From Lactobacillus sp. (GTDB lineage: Bacteria; Bacillota; Bacilli; Lactobacillales; Lactobacillaceae): 64,000 bases of DNA. The position numbers and the translations under genes are program-made. Positions 48,145 to 59,324 of the stretch are shown here, in pieces. Each line of letters opens with the position of its first letter. Within the stretch, counting starts at the first letter, position 1. Location of the stretch: the NCBI GenBank assembly GCA_030455605.1, contig JAKDPD010000006.1:6069-70068 (forward strand), written 5' to 3'. The notes under the pieces are model-generated. The model saw only the letters and a list, made by a program, of their open reading frames with translations. It searched no databases and was not told the DNA's origin.

Positions 48145-50487
48145 ATGAATGATAAAATATTAATCACGTTGGAATTTGAACAGATTTGTGAGCGGCTGAA
48201 AATGTTAGCCATCACCGATCCGGCTAAACAGCGTGCAGTAGAATTGCAGCCAAGTGCCGACCCAGCCGTAGTGGCGGACCAATTACAACAAACTTTAGCG
48301 GTGGTTAATTTAATGCGGTTGCGTGGCAGGTTGCCTCTGACCAACTTTGCCGATGTACGTCCTAGTACGAAACGACTGGCAATTGAAGCTAGTTTAAACA
48401 CCACTGAGCTTGGCAATTTACGCTTAGTGTTAGAGCTAGCCACCGATGTGAATGGCTTCGTGGCACGTGCGAGTGAAGCAGAAGTTGATTTAACGCCGAT
48501 TCGGACAATTTTGACGCAATTAGCTGTTCCAACCAAGTTCTATCAAGCTCTGAAACATGCCATTGAATTTGATGGCACCATTTTAGATACTGCTTCTGAA
48601 CGGTTGGCTCGTTTGCGTCATGATTTGACAAGTAATGAAATTGACATTAAGGCACAAATGGGGGCTTATACTCGCACTAGTAGTAAATATTTGTCGGAAG
48701 CAATTGTGACAATCCGGGATGGCCGGTATGTTGTTCCGGTCAAGCAGGAATATAAAGCTAAATTTGGTGGGGTAGTCCACGATCAGAGTGCGAGTGGCCA
48801 GACGCTCTTTATTGAGCCAGCAGCTGTTTTGGAACTTAACAATCGTCAGCAAAATTTATTGGCAGAGGAAAAACAAGAGATTCAACGTATCTTGAAGCAC
48901 CTCTCAGCACTTGCCAAGCTTGAAATCACCCCGCTTAATAATTTAGCTGACGGGTTAATTGCGTTAGACTTTTTACAAGCCAAAGCGCGCTTAGCTAAAC
49001 AAATGCATGCTGTTGAACCCAAGCTTACCACGGACCAATCACTTGATTTACGCAAAGCTCGGCATCCGCTGATTGATCCAGCACACGTTGTTGCAAATGA
49101 TATCGTGCTAGGTCATGATTTTGATACGATGCTGATTACTGGTCCCAATACCGGTGGTAAAACAATCACCCTAAAAACTGTAGGCCTATTACAAATTATG
49201 GCACAAAGTGGCTTGTTTATTCCCGCTGCAGAAGATAGTAAAGTGGGGGTATTTAGTGATATTTTTGCCGATATTGGTGATGAGCAATCTATTGAGCAAT
49301 CACTTAGTACTTTTTCGTCACATATTAATGATATCGTGGCGATTATGAAGCAAGTTAACGCAACCACATTAGTCTTGATTGATGAAATTGGCGCTGGCAC
49401 CGATCCAGAAGAAGGGGCTAGTTTAGCGATGGCGATTCTAGACTTTTTGCGGCAGCGCCAAGCTAAAATCTTGGTTACAACGCATTATCCGGAATTAAAA
49501 CTTTACGGATATAACCGCGAGCGCACCACCAATGCCTCGATGGCTTTTGATTTAAAGACCTTATCGCCTACGTATCGTTTACAGATTGGGATTCCGGGTC
49601 ATAGTAACGCCTTTGCGATTGCTAGGCGGCTAGGGATGCGGGAAGATGTCGTAAAAAAGGCTGAAGGGCTAGTCGACGATTCTAGCTCTGACATTAACAC
49701 CATGATTAAGCGGTTGAACGAGCAGACTAAACAGGCGACAACGGCTCGAGAACATTTGCAAAGTAGTTTAGCTGTGGCTATGCAGCTCGAAGATCAGCTC
49801 GCTAAAGGGCTTGACTGGTATCGCCAACGTGTCCAAAAACAATTGGATTTTGCGCAAACACGTGCCAATGAGATTGTGGCTAAGCGGCGTCAGCAAGCTG
49901 AAAAACTCATTAAACAGTTAGAAGCGATGCCAGCAGGCAAAGTCCGTGAAGATCAGCTGATTGCCACTAAGGGGCAATTCAATCAATTACAACATGATGA
50001 TTTAGCACATAACAAAGTATTACAACGTGAAAAGCGGCGGCATCATGTTCAAGTGGGTGATCAGGTCAAAGTTTTATCTTACGGACAAGTGGGAACAGTT
50101 ACCAAGCAGCTATCTGAGCATGAGTTTGAAGTGCAGTTAGGGATTCTTAAGATGCAAGCTAGCGACCGTGACTTAGAGAAGCTAACAGCTAAAAAGCATT
50201 CTAGCGGACCAGTGCGTGCTACAAGTGGCTTGCGTCGTAGTACAGTGCACAGCCAAATAGACTTGCGCGGACAGCGTTATGATGAAGCAATGACCAGTCT
50301 AGATCGCTACTTTGATAGTGTTCTCTTAGCTGGACTTGATAGTGTGGTTATTGTTCATGGTGGGGGAACAGGCGCCATTCGGAAGGGTGTCTGGTCTTAC
50401 TTAAAACGAAATCGTCACGTGAAAGATTATCATTATGCACCTGCCAATGAAGGCGGTACTGGTGCTACTTTAGTGAGTTTGAAGTAG
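48145..50487 (+). CDS. mutS2: MutS2 (RqcU) with C-terminal Smr domain
   Basis: HDQSASGQT, TGPNTGGKT, QSLSTFSSH, DEIGAGTDP, DLRGQRY...VHGGGTG. Confidence 0.95.
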   Translation: MNDKILITLEFEQICERLKMLAITDPAKQRAVELQPSADPAVVADQLQQTLAVVNLMRLRGRLPLTNFADVRPSTKRLAIEASLNTTELGNLRLVLELATDVNGFVARASEAEVDLTPIRTILTQLAVPTKFYQALKHAIEFDGTILDTASERLARLRHDLTSNEIDIKAQMGAYTRTSSKYLSEAIVTIRDGRYVVPVKQEYKAKFGGVVHDQSASGQTLFIEPAAVLELNNRQQNLLAEEKQEIQRILKHLSALAKLEITPLNNLADGLIALDFLQAKARLAKQMHAVEPKLTTDQSLDLRKARHPLIDPAHVVANDIVLGHDFDTMLITGPNTGGKTITLKTVGLLQIMAQSGLFIPAAEDSKVGVFSDIFADIGDEQSIEQSLSTFSSHINDIVAIMKQVNATTLVLIDEIGAGTDPEEGASLAMAILDFLRQRQAKILVTTHYPELKLYGYNRERTTNASMAFDLKTLSPTYRLQIGIPGHSNAFAIARRLGMREDVVKKAEGLVDDSSSDINTMIKRLNEQTKQATTAREHLQSSLAVAMQLEDQLAKGLDWYRQRVQKQLDFAQTRANEIVAKRRQQAEKLIKQLEAMPAGKVREDQLIATKGQFNQLQHDDLAHNKVLQREKRRHHVQVGDQVKVLSYGQVGTVTKQLSEHEFEVQLGILKMQASDRDLEKLTAKKHSSGPVRATSGLRRSTVHSQIDLRGQRYDEAMTSLDRYFDSVLLAGLDSVVIVHGGGTGAIRKGVWSYLKRNRHVKDYHYAPANEGGTGATLVSLK

Positions 50488-50573
50488 CAATTTTTAAACT
50501 TGTAAAAAGTAAGTACAGCTGATATACTTATTTCAGTTGATCACATGCTAATAAGTTGAAATGAGGTAGCCAA

Positions 50574-50885
50574 ATGGTTGATGTAATTACTGACCAAAGT
50601 TATGAAGAGGAAACTAAGTCAGGTGTTGTTTTAACTGATTTTTGGGCAAATTGGTGTGGCCCTTGCAAGATGCAGTCACCGGTTTTAGACCAGCTGTCAG
50701 AAGAGCGACAAGACGTGCGCTTCACTAAGATGGATGTGGATGAGAATCAAAAGACTCCGAAAGATTTGGGGATTATGGCTATTCCGACACTTTTGATTAA
50801 GAAAGATGGTCAGATTGTCGACCGTTTAACGGGTTATACCCCTAAAGAGAAGTTGAATGCTATTTTGGATCAATATACCGATTAG
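50574..50885 (+). CDS. trxA: Thioredoxin
   Basis: DFWANWCGPCK, IMAIPTL. Confidence 0.97.
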   Translation: MVDVITDQSYEEETKSGVVLTDFWANWCGPCKMQSPVLDQLSEERQDVRFTKMDVDENQKTPKDLGIMAIPTLLIKKDGQIVDRLTGYTPKEKLNAILDQYTD

Positions 50886-50953
50886 GGTATTTTAGACACA
50901 AAAAAAGCGCTAAGCTAGTTGCACTAGGAAGTGAACTGAGCTAGGTGCCTTTT

Positions 50954-51322
50954 TTATTTGTTGGCTTGGTTTTTGAGTAAATCCCGAATTTCTTCTAAGT
51001 AATCTGTAGAAGTAGGACCCGTAACTTTCTCATGTTTTGGCATCAAGCGATTGATCCCTTTGACTAAGCAGAAGACCACTAAAGCAATGATGATAAAGTT
51101 AATGACGGCACTGATAAATGCACCATACTTAAAATTAGCGCCAGCAATGCGGAACATCATACTTGAAAGATCAATCCTACCAATAATTAAACCGATTAAA
51201 GGGTTAATCAAATTTTTAACCAATGAGGTGACAATGGCAGTAAACGCTGACCCCATAATCACACCAACTGCTAGGTCCATGACATTACCACGGGCGATAA
51301 ACTTCTTAAATTCTTGAAACAT
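50954..51322 (-). CDS. mscL: Large-conductance mechanosensitive channel
   Basis: [34 protein letters not shown]. Confidence 0.96.
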   Translation of the reverse strand: MFQEFKKFIARGNVMDLAVGVIMGSAFTAIVTSLVKNLINPLIGLIIGRIDLSSMMFRIAGANFKYGAFISAVINFIIIALVVFCLVKGINRLMPKHEKVTGPTSTDYLEEIRDLLKNQANK

Positions 51323-51365
51323 GCTAAACTCCTCCTTCGTAAAATGAATTTATTTTATTTTAGCA

Positions 51366-51776
51366 TTAATTAAAGCGGGCAGTGAGTTGCACCTTTTGAT
51401 CTTTGGTCATAATCGTGACCTCACATTCGGTCTTCTGGCCATTGCTACGCTCAAGGGTTTCAGCAATCATCCCAGCTTCAAGCGAAAATTCATTACTCTT
51501 ACTACCAAGGCGGTCAATCACAGTTTGTCCTGATAACTCATAAATAATAGCTGTCCGTCGTTCCTTTACCTTGGTAATCGTTCCAAATTCGGCATGAGTA
51601 AAAAAATCTGCTAGGTCGTCAAAGCTGCCTAAGTCATAATGCCTAGCAATCCGTTTGCCCGCCCAGTAAAGGACGCTTGTATCATCTTCGCCTAAAATAG
51701 TTGGTAATAGAAAATCACGATATAGTTGATTCACGAAGTAGACGTGTTCATTTAAATGTGCTGTGTTCTCTTCCAT
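51366..51776 (-). CDS. YslB/DUF2507 family protein
   Basis: RDFLLPTILG..LYWAGKRIAR, FSLEAG; adjacent to murI. Confidence 0.82.
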   Translation of the reverse strand: MEENTAHLNEHVYFVNQLYRDFLLPTILGEDDTSVLYWAGKRIARHYDLGSFDDLADFFTHAEFGTITKVKERRTAIIYELSGQTVIDRLGSKSNEFSLEAGMIAETLERSNGQKTECEVTIMTKDQKVQLTARFN

Positions 51777-51857
51777 AAGTTCCTCATCCCTTTTAATTAT
51801 GTCTATTTTACCGTAAACTGGTAACAGTATAAAATGATTTTTTCAAGGAGTTTGCGT

Positions 51858-52661
51858 ATGGATGATCGGCCAATTGGCTTGTTAGATTCTGGTGTCGGTG
51901 GGTTAAGCGTTGTCAAAAAGGTGATTGAAAAGTTGCCCAATGAATCCACGGTTTTTATTGGGGATAATGCACATATGCCTTATGGTGATCGTAGCCAAGA
52001 CGAAATTATTGCATTAACGCGGCGAAGCGTGGCATTTCTAATGTCTCATCAAATTAAATTGCTCATCATTGCATGTAATACCGCTACTGCGGTCGCAATG
52101 GCGACTATTCAAAAGGAAATTGCACCGCAAGTCATTGGGGTAATCCAGTCAGGTGCGTTGGCGGCTAGCAAAACCACGGATACGAAGCATGTTGCGGTAG
52201 TTGGAACTAGTGTAACGATTCATTCTCATGCTTATGCACATGAACTACACATGCGTAATCCTAAAATGGTAGTAACCGAACTGGCAACACCTAAATTGGC
52301 ACCGTTAGTTGAAGCTCAAGCTAGTCAGAGTGAAAATTTAGCAACAGTGCGAACAAGCTTAAAGCCGTTACAAGGTCATGACTTTGATACCCTCATTTTG
52401 GGATGTACCCATTATCCGCTGATTGAATCGACTTTTGGGCAGGTATTAGGGCCACAAGTGGAAATTGTTGATCCAGCAAGGCAAGTAGCGCAATACACCG
52501 CTAATGTGTTAGTGCGTGACGGCTTGCAAAGCTCTGGTCATTCAGTCCACCATGAGTACTATACAACTGGCGACCCAGCTCATTTCGAAAAGCTTGCCAG
52601 ACCTTTTTTAGGAGAGGCCGGTCTAACTGTGCAACAAGTAACCACTGAGGTGAAACCATAA
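51858..52661 (+). CDS. murI: Glutamate racemase
   Basis: DSGVGGLSV, PYG, ACNTAT, LGCTHYP. Confidence 0.96.
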   Translation: MDDRPIGLLDSGVGGLSVVKKVIEKLPNESTVFIGDNAHMPYGDRSQDEIIALTRRSVAFLMSHQIKLLIIACNTATAVAMATIQKEIAPQVIGVIQSGALAASKTTDTKHVAVVGTSVTIHSHAYAHELHMRNPKMVVTELATPKLAPLVEAQASQSENLATVRTSLKPLQGHDFDTLILGCTHYPLIESTFGQVLGPQVEIVDPARQVAQYTANVLVRDGLQSSGHSVHHEYYTTGDPAHFEKLARPFLGEAGLTVQQVTTEVKP

Positions 52662-53278
52662 TGCGACAATTACTATTGGCAACGACGAACCAAGGTAAAT
52701 TACGAGAATTAAAACAAGCCTTTACTCAGGCTGGGTTAGCGTATCAATTATTAGCCAATCAAGATTTGAATCGCCCACCAGTTGTGGCCGAAACAGGGCA
52801 TACGTTTGTCGCAAATGCTAAATTGAAAAGTCATGCTTTGGCGGATTTTAGTGGCTTGATTACGATTGCTGATGATTCTGGATTAGCCGTCGACGCTTTA
52901 GATGGTGAACCCGGGGTGCGTTCGGCCCGGTATGCAGGGGACCATGATGATGCTTTAAACAATGCTAAATTGTTAGCTAATTTAGGTGGGGTACCAAGTG
53001 CTAAACGTACCGCTACTTTTAAAACGACTATTGTGGCGTCGGTACCCAATCATCCTGAAGCTGATTTAGTTGTGACTGGTGCTATTACTGGCAGAATTTT
53101 AACTCACCCAGTTGGCGCTGATGGTTTTGGCTATGATCCTTTATTTTGGGTTCCAGAGTTAGCAAAGACTTTTGCTGAAATGACCGTTGCTGAAAAAAAT
53201 GCCATATCACATCGGGGGCAAGCGATTAAGCAATTACTAATTGTGTTACCAGCATGGTTAGCTGCTCAGACTGATTAG
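52661..53278 (+). CDS. rdgB: XTP/dITP diphosphatase (Ham1 family)
   Basis: ATTNQGKLRE, ADDSGL, PGVRSARYA, GFGYDPLF, SHRGQA. Confidence 0.94.
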   Translation: MRQLLLATTNQGKLRELKQAFTQAGLAYQLLANQDLNRPPVVAETGHTFVANAKLKSHALADFSGLITIADDSGLAVDALDGEPGVRSARYAGDHDDALNNAKLLANLGGVPSAKRTATFKTTIVASVPNHPEADLVVTGAITGRILTHPVGADGFGYDPLFWVPELAKTFAEMTVAEKNAISHRGQAIKQLLIVLPAWLAAQTD

Positions 53279-54126
53279 GAAAGTGAACTTGGTCCAACTT
53301 TCGTGGTACTAGTTTGAGCTAGGGTGATATTTGCTTGATTCAAGCAGGCAAGATAATGACGATAAGCCGCATTGCGCACCAAATTTTCGCTTCCAGGGAC
53401 AACTTGGAAGTGTAAGCGATAGGTGATTTTTAGTCCATTTTGGGAAGTGACGCCAACCACTGTGGGACCAGAAACGAGGTGTTTAGCGGCAACTTTGAAG
53501 GTTTGATTTGCCTCGCCAAACACGCGAGTGACATCAGCTAGGTCATTGTCAGCAGCTAATTCAAAGTCAAGGCTAAGGCCAATCCCGCCATGAGCTAAGT
53601 TCTTAACAATCATGATATTGCGGTTGGGAATAAAGATAATCGAACCATCGGAAGCTTTTAATTCGGTAGTTCGTAGCCCTAATTGCAGTACAGTACCAAC
53701 GCTAGTGCCAATTTGAATGAGGTCACCAACGCCGTATTGGGCTTCGCTCAAGATAAAGAAGCCGTTCACGATATCCGTTACAAAACCCTGTGCGCCCATG
53801 CCTAAGGCCAAGGAAAAAATGCCGGCTGAAGCGAGTAAGGTGCCAATTGGAACGCCCAAAATGGACAAAATTGCGAAAAAGTAAAAAAAGATAGCTAAGT
53901 AGTGGAAAATACTGTTGGTTAAGGCTGCAAGTGTTTTAGAACGCTTGGTAAGTTTGCGGTTATGTTTGGTAGCATAGCGTCTGATCAGGCGCTCGCCTAA
54001 TTTTGAAATAATTAGGAAGACAGTGGTCGTGATAACTAATTGCCAAGCAATCGTTAATATGTGTTGACCAATTTGGTCCCAGTCAACTGCGATACCTGTT
54101 TTAGAGATGTGAAATAGTGCGTTCAT
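53275..54126 (-). CDS. Small-conductance mechanosensitive channel (MscS family)
   Basis: LASAGIFSLALGMGAQGFVTDIVNGFFIL, VGDLIQI, GLRTT, IPNRNI. Confidence 0.9.
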   Translation of the reverse strand: MNALFHISKTGIAVDWDQIGQHILTIAWQLVITTTVFLIISKLGERLIRRYATKHNRKLTKRSKTLAALTNSIFHYLAIFFYFFAILSILGVPIGTLLASAGIFSLALGMGAQGFVTDIVNGFFILSEAQYGVGDLIQIGTSVGTVLQLGLRTTELKASDGSIIFIPNRNIMIVKNLAHGGIGLSLDFELAADNDLADVTRVFGEANQTFKVAAKHLVSGPTVVGVTSQNGLKITYRLHFQVVPGSENLVRNAAYRHYLACLNQANITLAQTSTTKVGPSSLS

Positions 54127-54239
54127 ATTGAAATACCTCGTATTCATTATAAATAATAGTCTACCAGAACATTAATTGATTGAGAATGAAGGCTTTTCAT
54201 GCTAAACTTTTGTTAGGATGTTATTAATGGAGGTTTGAG

Positions 54240-54665
54240 ATGGAACTATCATACGGAGTATTGGCGGGCTTGATTGCTGCTGTCGCTTTTTTAATTCTCG
54301 TACTCTTCACAATACCAGCGCTTTTGCGCACCGCTAAGTTACTACATCAAGCTAGTGATACGTTGGAAAGTACTGATCAAGCAATTAAGACGCTCACAGC
54401 ACAAGCAGATGATCTGATGAAACAATCCAATACGCTGATGACAAAAGTTAATCATTTGGCAGATGACGTTAATGGAAAAGTCGCAACACTGGATCCGGTA
54501 GTGCAAGCCGCCGCAGATTTGGGTACGAGTGTTTCTGATATTAATACATCTTCTAGACGGATGGTCGATCATATGCATCACTATCGTTTAGGGCATGTTG
54601 GTGTGTTATCATCGCTGTTAACGAGTGTCTTTGCCAGACGTCGTCGACGCCGTGGAGAAAAGTAA
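54240..54665 (+). CDS. DUF948 (YtxG-like) membrane protein
   Basis: N-terminal TM IAAVAFLILV, coiled coil, DVNGKV. Confidence 0.85.
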   Translation: MELSYGVLAGLIAAVAFLILVLFTIPALLRTAKLLHQASDTLESTDQAIKTLTAQADDLMKQSNTLMTKVNHLADDVNGKVATLDPVVQAAADLGTSVSDINTSSRRMVDHMHHYRLGHVGVLSSLLTSVFARRRRRRGEK

Positions 54666-54685
54666 CAATTAAGGAGGTACCACTT

Positions 54686-55048
54686 ATGAAAAAGTTAGGT
54701 AGTTTTGTTTTTGGATCCATCGTTGGGTCAATCGTTGGCTTTGTAGCCGGTTCGCTCATTGTGAGTGATGATAAATTAGATGAAATTAAAGCTAAGATTA
54801 AGGATAACGATACCTTACAAGATTTAAAGAAGAAATATGACAATGGGACTGAGCTTGTTAAAAATCAATTCTGTACCAGTCCTAAAGATGTTGAAGACGA
54901 TTCTGAAATCAAAGATTTTGATGATATTGTCATTGACGATTCCACTGCGACGAAGGCTGCCACGGATGCGAGCGATTTAGCTCAGGCAGAAGATGAGCGT
55001 CAAAGTGATACTAAAGCGGCTGAGACTGCTGCTGATTTAGCAGATTAA
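54686..55048 (+). CDS. YtxH-like protein
   Basis: Gly-rich TM FVFGSIVGSIVG followed by an acidic tail; follows DUF948 gene. Confidence 0.7.
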   Translation: MKKLGSFVFGSIVGSIVGFVAGSLIVSDDKLDEIKAKIKDNDTLQDLKKKYDNGTELVKNQFCTSPKDVEDDSEIKDFDDIVIDDSTATKAATDASDLAQAEDERQSDTKAAETAADLAD

Positions 55049-55064
55049 CAATAAGCCACTATGT

Positions 55065-55101
55065 AGAAAGCCCCAAGCCGATTAACAGCTTGGGGCTTTT
55101 T
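55065..55101. terminator. Bidirectional terminator ytxH/pepQ
   Basis: AGAAAGCCCCAAGC...GCTTGGGGCTTTTT. Confidence 0.8.
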
Positions 55102-55110
55102 GATGTTAGT

Positions 55111-56220
55111 TTACTTTTCTCTTAGTGGCAACACTTTTAAAGTTTTATCAGTGTGAGTGAACGGTTTAAAGCCATCATTCGTGAGCACACCGCAATCTTC
55201 AATTCGAACACCAGCAACACCAGGAATGTAAATACCTGGTTCGATTGAAAAGCACATGCCTGGTGCTAGGACAAAATCGTTACCTTCAACAATAGAAGGA
55301 AATTCGTGCACATCTTTGCCAATACCATGGCCAAGCCGGTGAATGAAGTATTTGCCGTACCCGGCCTTGCGGATCACGTCGCGTGCAATTGCGTCTAATT
55401 CGCTCGCTGTCATGCCAGGTTTAGCAGCTTCAATCGCAGCTTGTTGTGCGGTACGATCAATTTCATAAATTTCACGTTGCTTATCTGTTGGTGTCCCATA
55501 AGCGACTGTGCGGCTGGCGTCAGAAGCATAACCTTGATGCATCGTTCCTAAATCGAATAACACCAGATCGTTCGGTTTAACTTGATTCATCGTTGGTCCT
55601 AAATGCGGATTAGCAGCATTTGTCCCAGCTTGGACGATTGTTTCGAAGCTAGTGTGCATAACACCTTTTTGTAATTTCAATTGATAATCAATCTGCCCGG
55701 CAATGTATCGTTCAGTGACACCAGTTCGGATGTTATCAAAGCCAACTTGGAAAGCAAAATCAGCTTCGGCACCAGCACCTTGCAACTTTTTGATTTCAGT
55801 TGGGGTTTTAAATAGTCGCATCTTCTGTACAACTGGGGTTAAATTACCAGAAAAATCAGCATCTGGGAACTGTGAATGCATTGCTTGGAATTTTTCTACT
55901 GGTAAATGATCACGTTCAATCGCCCAACGTGCATCAGCTTTGGTACGACGCTGAATTTCATCTGCAATCATAGCCCAAGGTGATTCTGAATCTAAATAGC
56001 CTAGGACATCGCCGTTCCACTCAGAGTTCTGTGCCTCTTCCACATTCAATGCTGGGGTAAAGATGAAAGGCTCAGCATCTTTGAAGACTAATAACACAAA
56101 AATCCGTTCGTGTGGTTCCATTTCGTAGCCAGTAAAATAAGCAATGGTAATTGGGTTGGAAATCATTGCAATATCTTGTTGGTTATCCTGCAACCACTGC
56201 TGCAGCTTATCTAAATTCAT
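55111..56220 (-). CDS. pepQ: Xaa-Pro dipeptidase (prolidase)
   Basis: [40 protein letters not shown]; divergent from ccpA. Confidence 0.95.
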   Translation of the reverse strand: MNLDKLQQWLQDNQQDIAMISNPITIAYFTGYEMEPHERIFVLLVFKDAEPFIFTPALNVEEAQNSEWNGDVLGYLDSESPWAMIADEIQRRTKADARWAIERDHLPVEKFQAMHSQFPDADFSGNLTPVVQKMRLFKTPTEIKKLQGAGAEADFAFQVGFDNIRTGVTERYIAGQIDYQLKLQKGVMHTSFETIVQAGTNAANPHLGPTMNQVKPNDLVLFDLGTMHQGYASDASRTVAYGTPTDKQREIYEIDRTAQQAAIEAAKPGMTASELDAIARDVIRKAGYGKYFIHRLGHGIGKDVHEFPSIVEGNDFVLAPGMCFSIEPGIYIPGVAGVRIEDCGVLTNDGFKPFTHTDKTLKVLPLREK

Positions 56221-56310
56221 GATAATTTATGCTCCTTTTAATTAATATTGCGCTTACTTATCCTTTATTGTAGTATATCATGATAAAGTATGAAAAAATG
56301 AAAGAAAAGC

Positions 56311-56348
56311 TGTAAACGCTTGCATCATCACCAGATAAGTGTTATATT
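56311..56348 (+). promoter_or_regulatory. cre site overlapping the ccpA promoter
   Basis: TGTAAACGCTTGCA (14/14 to TGWAARCGYTWNCA) overlapping -35 TTGCAT, 17 bp, TG-n-TATATT. Confidence 0.85.
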
Positions 56349-56383
56349 TTAGCTAATTAGGTTTTAGAGACTGGGGAAAAATA

Positions 56384-57391
56384 ATGCATAAACAAGATGT
56401 GACAATTTATGACGTAGCACGCGAAGCCAAGGTCTCGATGGCAACCGTTTCACGTGTCGTTAACGGCAATAGTAATGTTAGAGAAGAAACTCGCCAGCGT
56501 GTGATGGATGTAATTAATCGGTTGCACTATCAACCAAATGCTGTTGCACAAGGGCTAGCTTCGACACGCACGACCACTGTTGGGTTAGTTGCGCCGGATT
56601 TAACGAATTTATATTTTGCGGAGTTATCAAAAGGGATTGATGATATTGCGCATCTTTATAAATATAATATTATTATCACGAGTATTGAGAATCAACTTAT
56701 TAATGAGAGTCAGGCTATCCAAAGCTTGTTGAATAAACAGGTTGATGGAGTAATTTATATGTCTAATGAATTACCTGATAGCACTGTCGAGGCGTTTGAA
56801 CGCACCAATACACCGGTGGTATTGGCAGGGACAGTTGATTCACGTCAGCAATATCCATCAGTTGCTATTGACTATAAGAAAGCCGATACTGAGGCTTTTA
56901 ATACCATGCTCAATGATGGTAAGAAGCGGTTAGCTTTAGTCGTGGGGAATGAGGATGCTTCAATCAATCATGACTATCGTTTGCCAGCTTATGAAGAGTT
57001 TGTGGCAGCACATCAACTGTCATCACACGTCTATCATGAGCGGCGTGATTATAGCGATGGTTATAACTTGTATGCCCAATTACAACGTGACCAGATTGAT
57101 GGGGTGTTAGTGACACGTGATCTGATCGCTTGCGGCATCATGAGTGCAGCTCTAGATGCGGGCCAAAAGGTACCAGGGGATTTGGAAATTATTACGGCTA
57201 GTGCGACTCAGCTAGCTTCAGTCGTTCGTCCATCCTTAACAGCAGTAAAGCAACCGCTCTATGATATGGGAGCAGTGGCAATGCGTTTGTTAACTAAGTT
57301 GATGAATGGCGAGAAGATTGAAGAAAAGCAGATACAGCTACCATATGAGTTAATGAAGAAAGCAACGACTGCAAATAAGTCGGCTGGATAG
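56384..57391 (+). CDS. ccpA: Catabolite control protein A
   Basis: TIYDVAREAKVSMATVSRVVNGN, YQPNAVAQGLAS, QPLYDMGAVAMRLLTK. Confidence 0.96.
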   Translation: MHKQDVTIYDVAREAKVSMATVSRVVNGNSNVREETRQRVMDVINRLHYQPNAVAQGLASTRTTTVGLVAPDLTNLYFAELSKGIDDIAHLYKYNIIITSIENQLINESQAIQSLLNKQVDGVIYMSNELPDSTVEAFERTNTPVVLAGTVDSRQQYPSVAIDYKKADTEAFNTMLNDGKKRLALVVGNEDASINHDYRLPAYEEFVAAHQLSSHVYHERRDYSDGYNLYAQLQRDQIDGVLVTRDLIACGIMSAALDAGQKVPGDLEIITASATQLASVVRPSLTAVKQPLYDMGAVAMRLLTKLMNGEKIEEKQIQLPYELMKKATTANKSAG

Positions 57392-57422
57392 AAAAAGCAC
57401 TGCCCACCGGCAGTGCTTTTTT
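57392..57422. terminator. Bidirectional terminator ccpA/pepV
   Basis: AAAAAGCACTGCC-CACC-GGCAGTGCTTTTTT. Confidence 0.88.
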
Positions 57423-57423
57423 A

Positions 57424-58827
57424 TTATTCTGCATCTTTAGTCAACTCATAAATAGCTTCGGCATAAATACCAATCGCTGCGATTAAGTCATCAACTTTCA
57501 TATATTCGTTGGCCTGGTGCATAACGAGCGGTGCCCCTTCAGGCTGAGCACCATAAGCCACGCCATGTTTGAAGAGTCGTCCATAGGTGCCTCCACCGAT
57601 AATGACTTCATGGCCTTTTTTACCAGTTTGACGTTCATAAACTGAGAGGAGTGTTTGCACTAGTGGGTCACAGCGGGGAACATAATGGGGAGTTTCAAAA
57701 CTGTCAAAACTAGCAGTTAAAATATCATCAAATTTAGCATTGACTTGATCAACCATCGTTTGTGGATCTGTTCCTTGAGGGTAGCGAATGTTATCTTTAA
57801 TTATAGCTGATGCTTCATCATAGCTAAAGACGCTAGGTGCACTCGAAAGATCACCCATTAGCTCATCATGATGGAAAACGCCCAATTTCTTACCTTGAAA
57901 ATCCTCATGTTCAACTTCGGCAATGAATTTCAGATAAGATGCATCGCGTCCCTTGAAGTCCAATTCTACTAAAAAGACTGCTAAGAAAGTAGCCGCATTA
58001 CGGCCAATTTCTGGTGCTGAAGCATGTGCACCAACGCCAGTTAATTCTAAAGTTAATTGCTGACCGTTTGCCTTGGCGCTACCAGTTAATGCGTGCTTAT
58101 CTAAAAATTCTTGATACTGATCGGCGACTGCTTGGGCATCCGGTACAAGGATGGTTGCATGGACTTTTTGTGGGGTAACATTTTCAGCAATGCCAGCTTC
58201 AAATTCTAATAGTCGTTTGCTTGCAGAACTTGGATTAGCTTTGAATTTGAGCAGTAAGGTATAAATGCCTTGTTCGCCGTTGATAATTGGAAATTCGGCA
58301 TCAGGTGAGAAAACTTGATCTGGCGCAGGTTCATGAGCCAAGTAATAATCCATATCGAGCCAATTGGTCTCTTCATTAGTTCCTAAGACAAAATCAATTT
58401 TCTTCTTTGGTTTGAACCCGGCATCTTTGAGTAAACGTAAACCGTAATAAGCGGCTAATGCAGGCCCCTTATCATCGCTGGTTCCGCGTCCAATTAACTT
58501 CCCCGCTTTGATAAGCAATTTAAATGGGTCGGTCTCCCAGCCATCGCCTGCAGGGACGACATCCATGTGACCAATGACGCCAAGCCGTTTACTGCCCTTA
58601 CAATAATTAATTCGTCCAGCGTAGTTGGCAAAATTTTCAACCTCAAAGCCGTCTCGCTTCGCGAAGCTTAAAAATTTTTGCATGGCACGTGCCGGTCCCT
58701 CACCCACCGGAAATTCTTGGCTTGCATGATCCAAGTCTTCAGATGAATCAATGGCAATTAATTCTTTCAAATCGGCTAAGATTGCTTCTTTTTGGGTAGC
58801 AGCTAACTGCGGGTAATTTAATTTCAT
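57424..58827 (-). CDS. pepV: Dipeptidase PepV (M20)
   Basis: GHMDVVPAG, GRGTSDDKGP, TNEE, SPDAEFPIINGEQG, GGGTYGR, MHQANE. Confidence 0.95.
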   Translation of the reverse strand: MKLNYPQLAATQKEAILADLKELIAIDSSEDLDHASQEFPVGEGPARAMQKFLSFAKRDGFEVENFANYAGRINYCKGSKRLGVIGHMDVVPAGDGWETDPFKLLIKAGKLIGRGTSDDKGPALAAYYGLRLLKDAGFKPKKKIDFVLGTNEETNWLDMDYYLAHEPAPDQVFSPDAEFPIINGEQGIYTLLLKFKANPSSASKRLLEFEAGIAENVTPQKVHATILVPDAQAVADQYQEFLDKHALTGSAKANGQQLTLELTGVGAHASAPEIGRNAATFLAVFLVELDFKGRDASYLKFIAEVEHEDFQGKKLGVFHHDELMGDLSSAPSVFSYDEASAIIKDNIRYPQGTDPQTMVDQVNAKFDDILTASFDSFETPHYVPRCDPLVQTLLSVYERQTGKKGHEVIIGGGTYGRLFKHGVAYGAQPEGAPLVMHQANEYMKVDDLIAAIGIYAEAIYELTKDAE

Positions 58828-58980
58828 GATTTTCCTCCTCCTACTAATTCATTTATAATTTTATCATATTCTATGGCTGAGCTGTAAAAAAGAGGTGAGC
58901 GACCTCAGCCGCTTTATTGGTGTAATTTGTGTTACAATTTAGCATGAATATTACTCATGATTGACTTAAGGTGTGCCTGA

Positions 58981-59313
58981 ATGAATTCACAATATGAAGC
59001 GTTAGATCTAATTGAAGAAGTGACTAGAACTGATGGCTCCAAGTACTTTGAAATCTCTAATATCGATCAGAATGGAATTGCAGAACTTGCTGCAGATCGT
59101 GGCTATATTAAAGCAGTTAAAATTTTACAATTAAATATTCCTCGAACTAAGGCGCTTATTACCTATGAACATTACATTAATCAGCACTATCAGCTACAGA
59201 CATTAATGAATGAGGCGCAGTGGGAAAATCCCATATGGACTGAATGGGAGAAACCAGCAGGGAAGGTGTTAGATGCCTATCAGATGATTCTGAAGGCAAA
59301 TCGGATTGGTTAG
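58981..59313 (+). CDS. Hypothetical protein (110 aa)
   Basis: ORF with SD AAGGTG and upstream TG-n-TACAAT; first gene of the yunD-yutD-yutF cluster; function not recognised. Confidence 0.7.
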   Translation: MNSQYEALDLIEEVTRTDGSKYFEISNIDQNGIAELAADRGYIKAVKILQLNIPRTKALITYEHYINQHYQLQTLMNEAQWENPIWTEWEKPAGKVLDAYQMILKANRIG

Positions 59314-59324
59314 AAGGATTAGCA

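Noticed and set aside
58875-58910. Nested inverted repeats GGCTGAG..CTCAGCC and GAGGT..ACCTC in the pepV divergent promoter region
   Set aside because: Short arms, no recognisable operator or RNA family; insufficient support.
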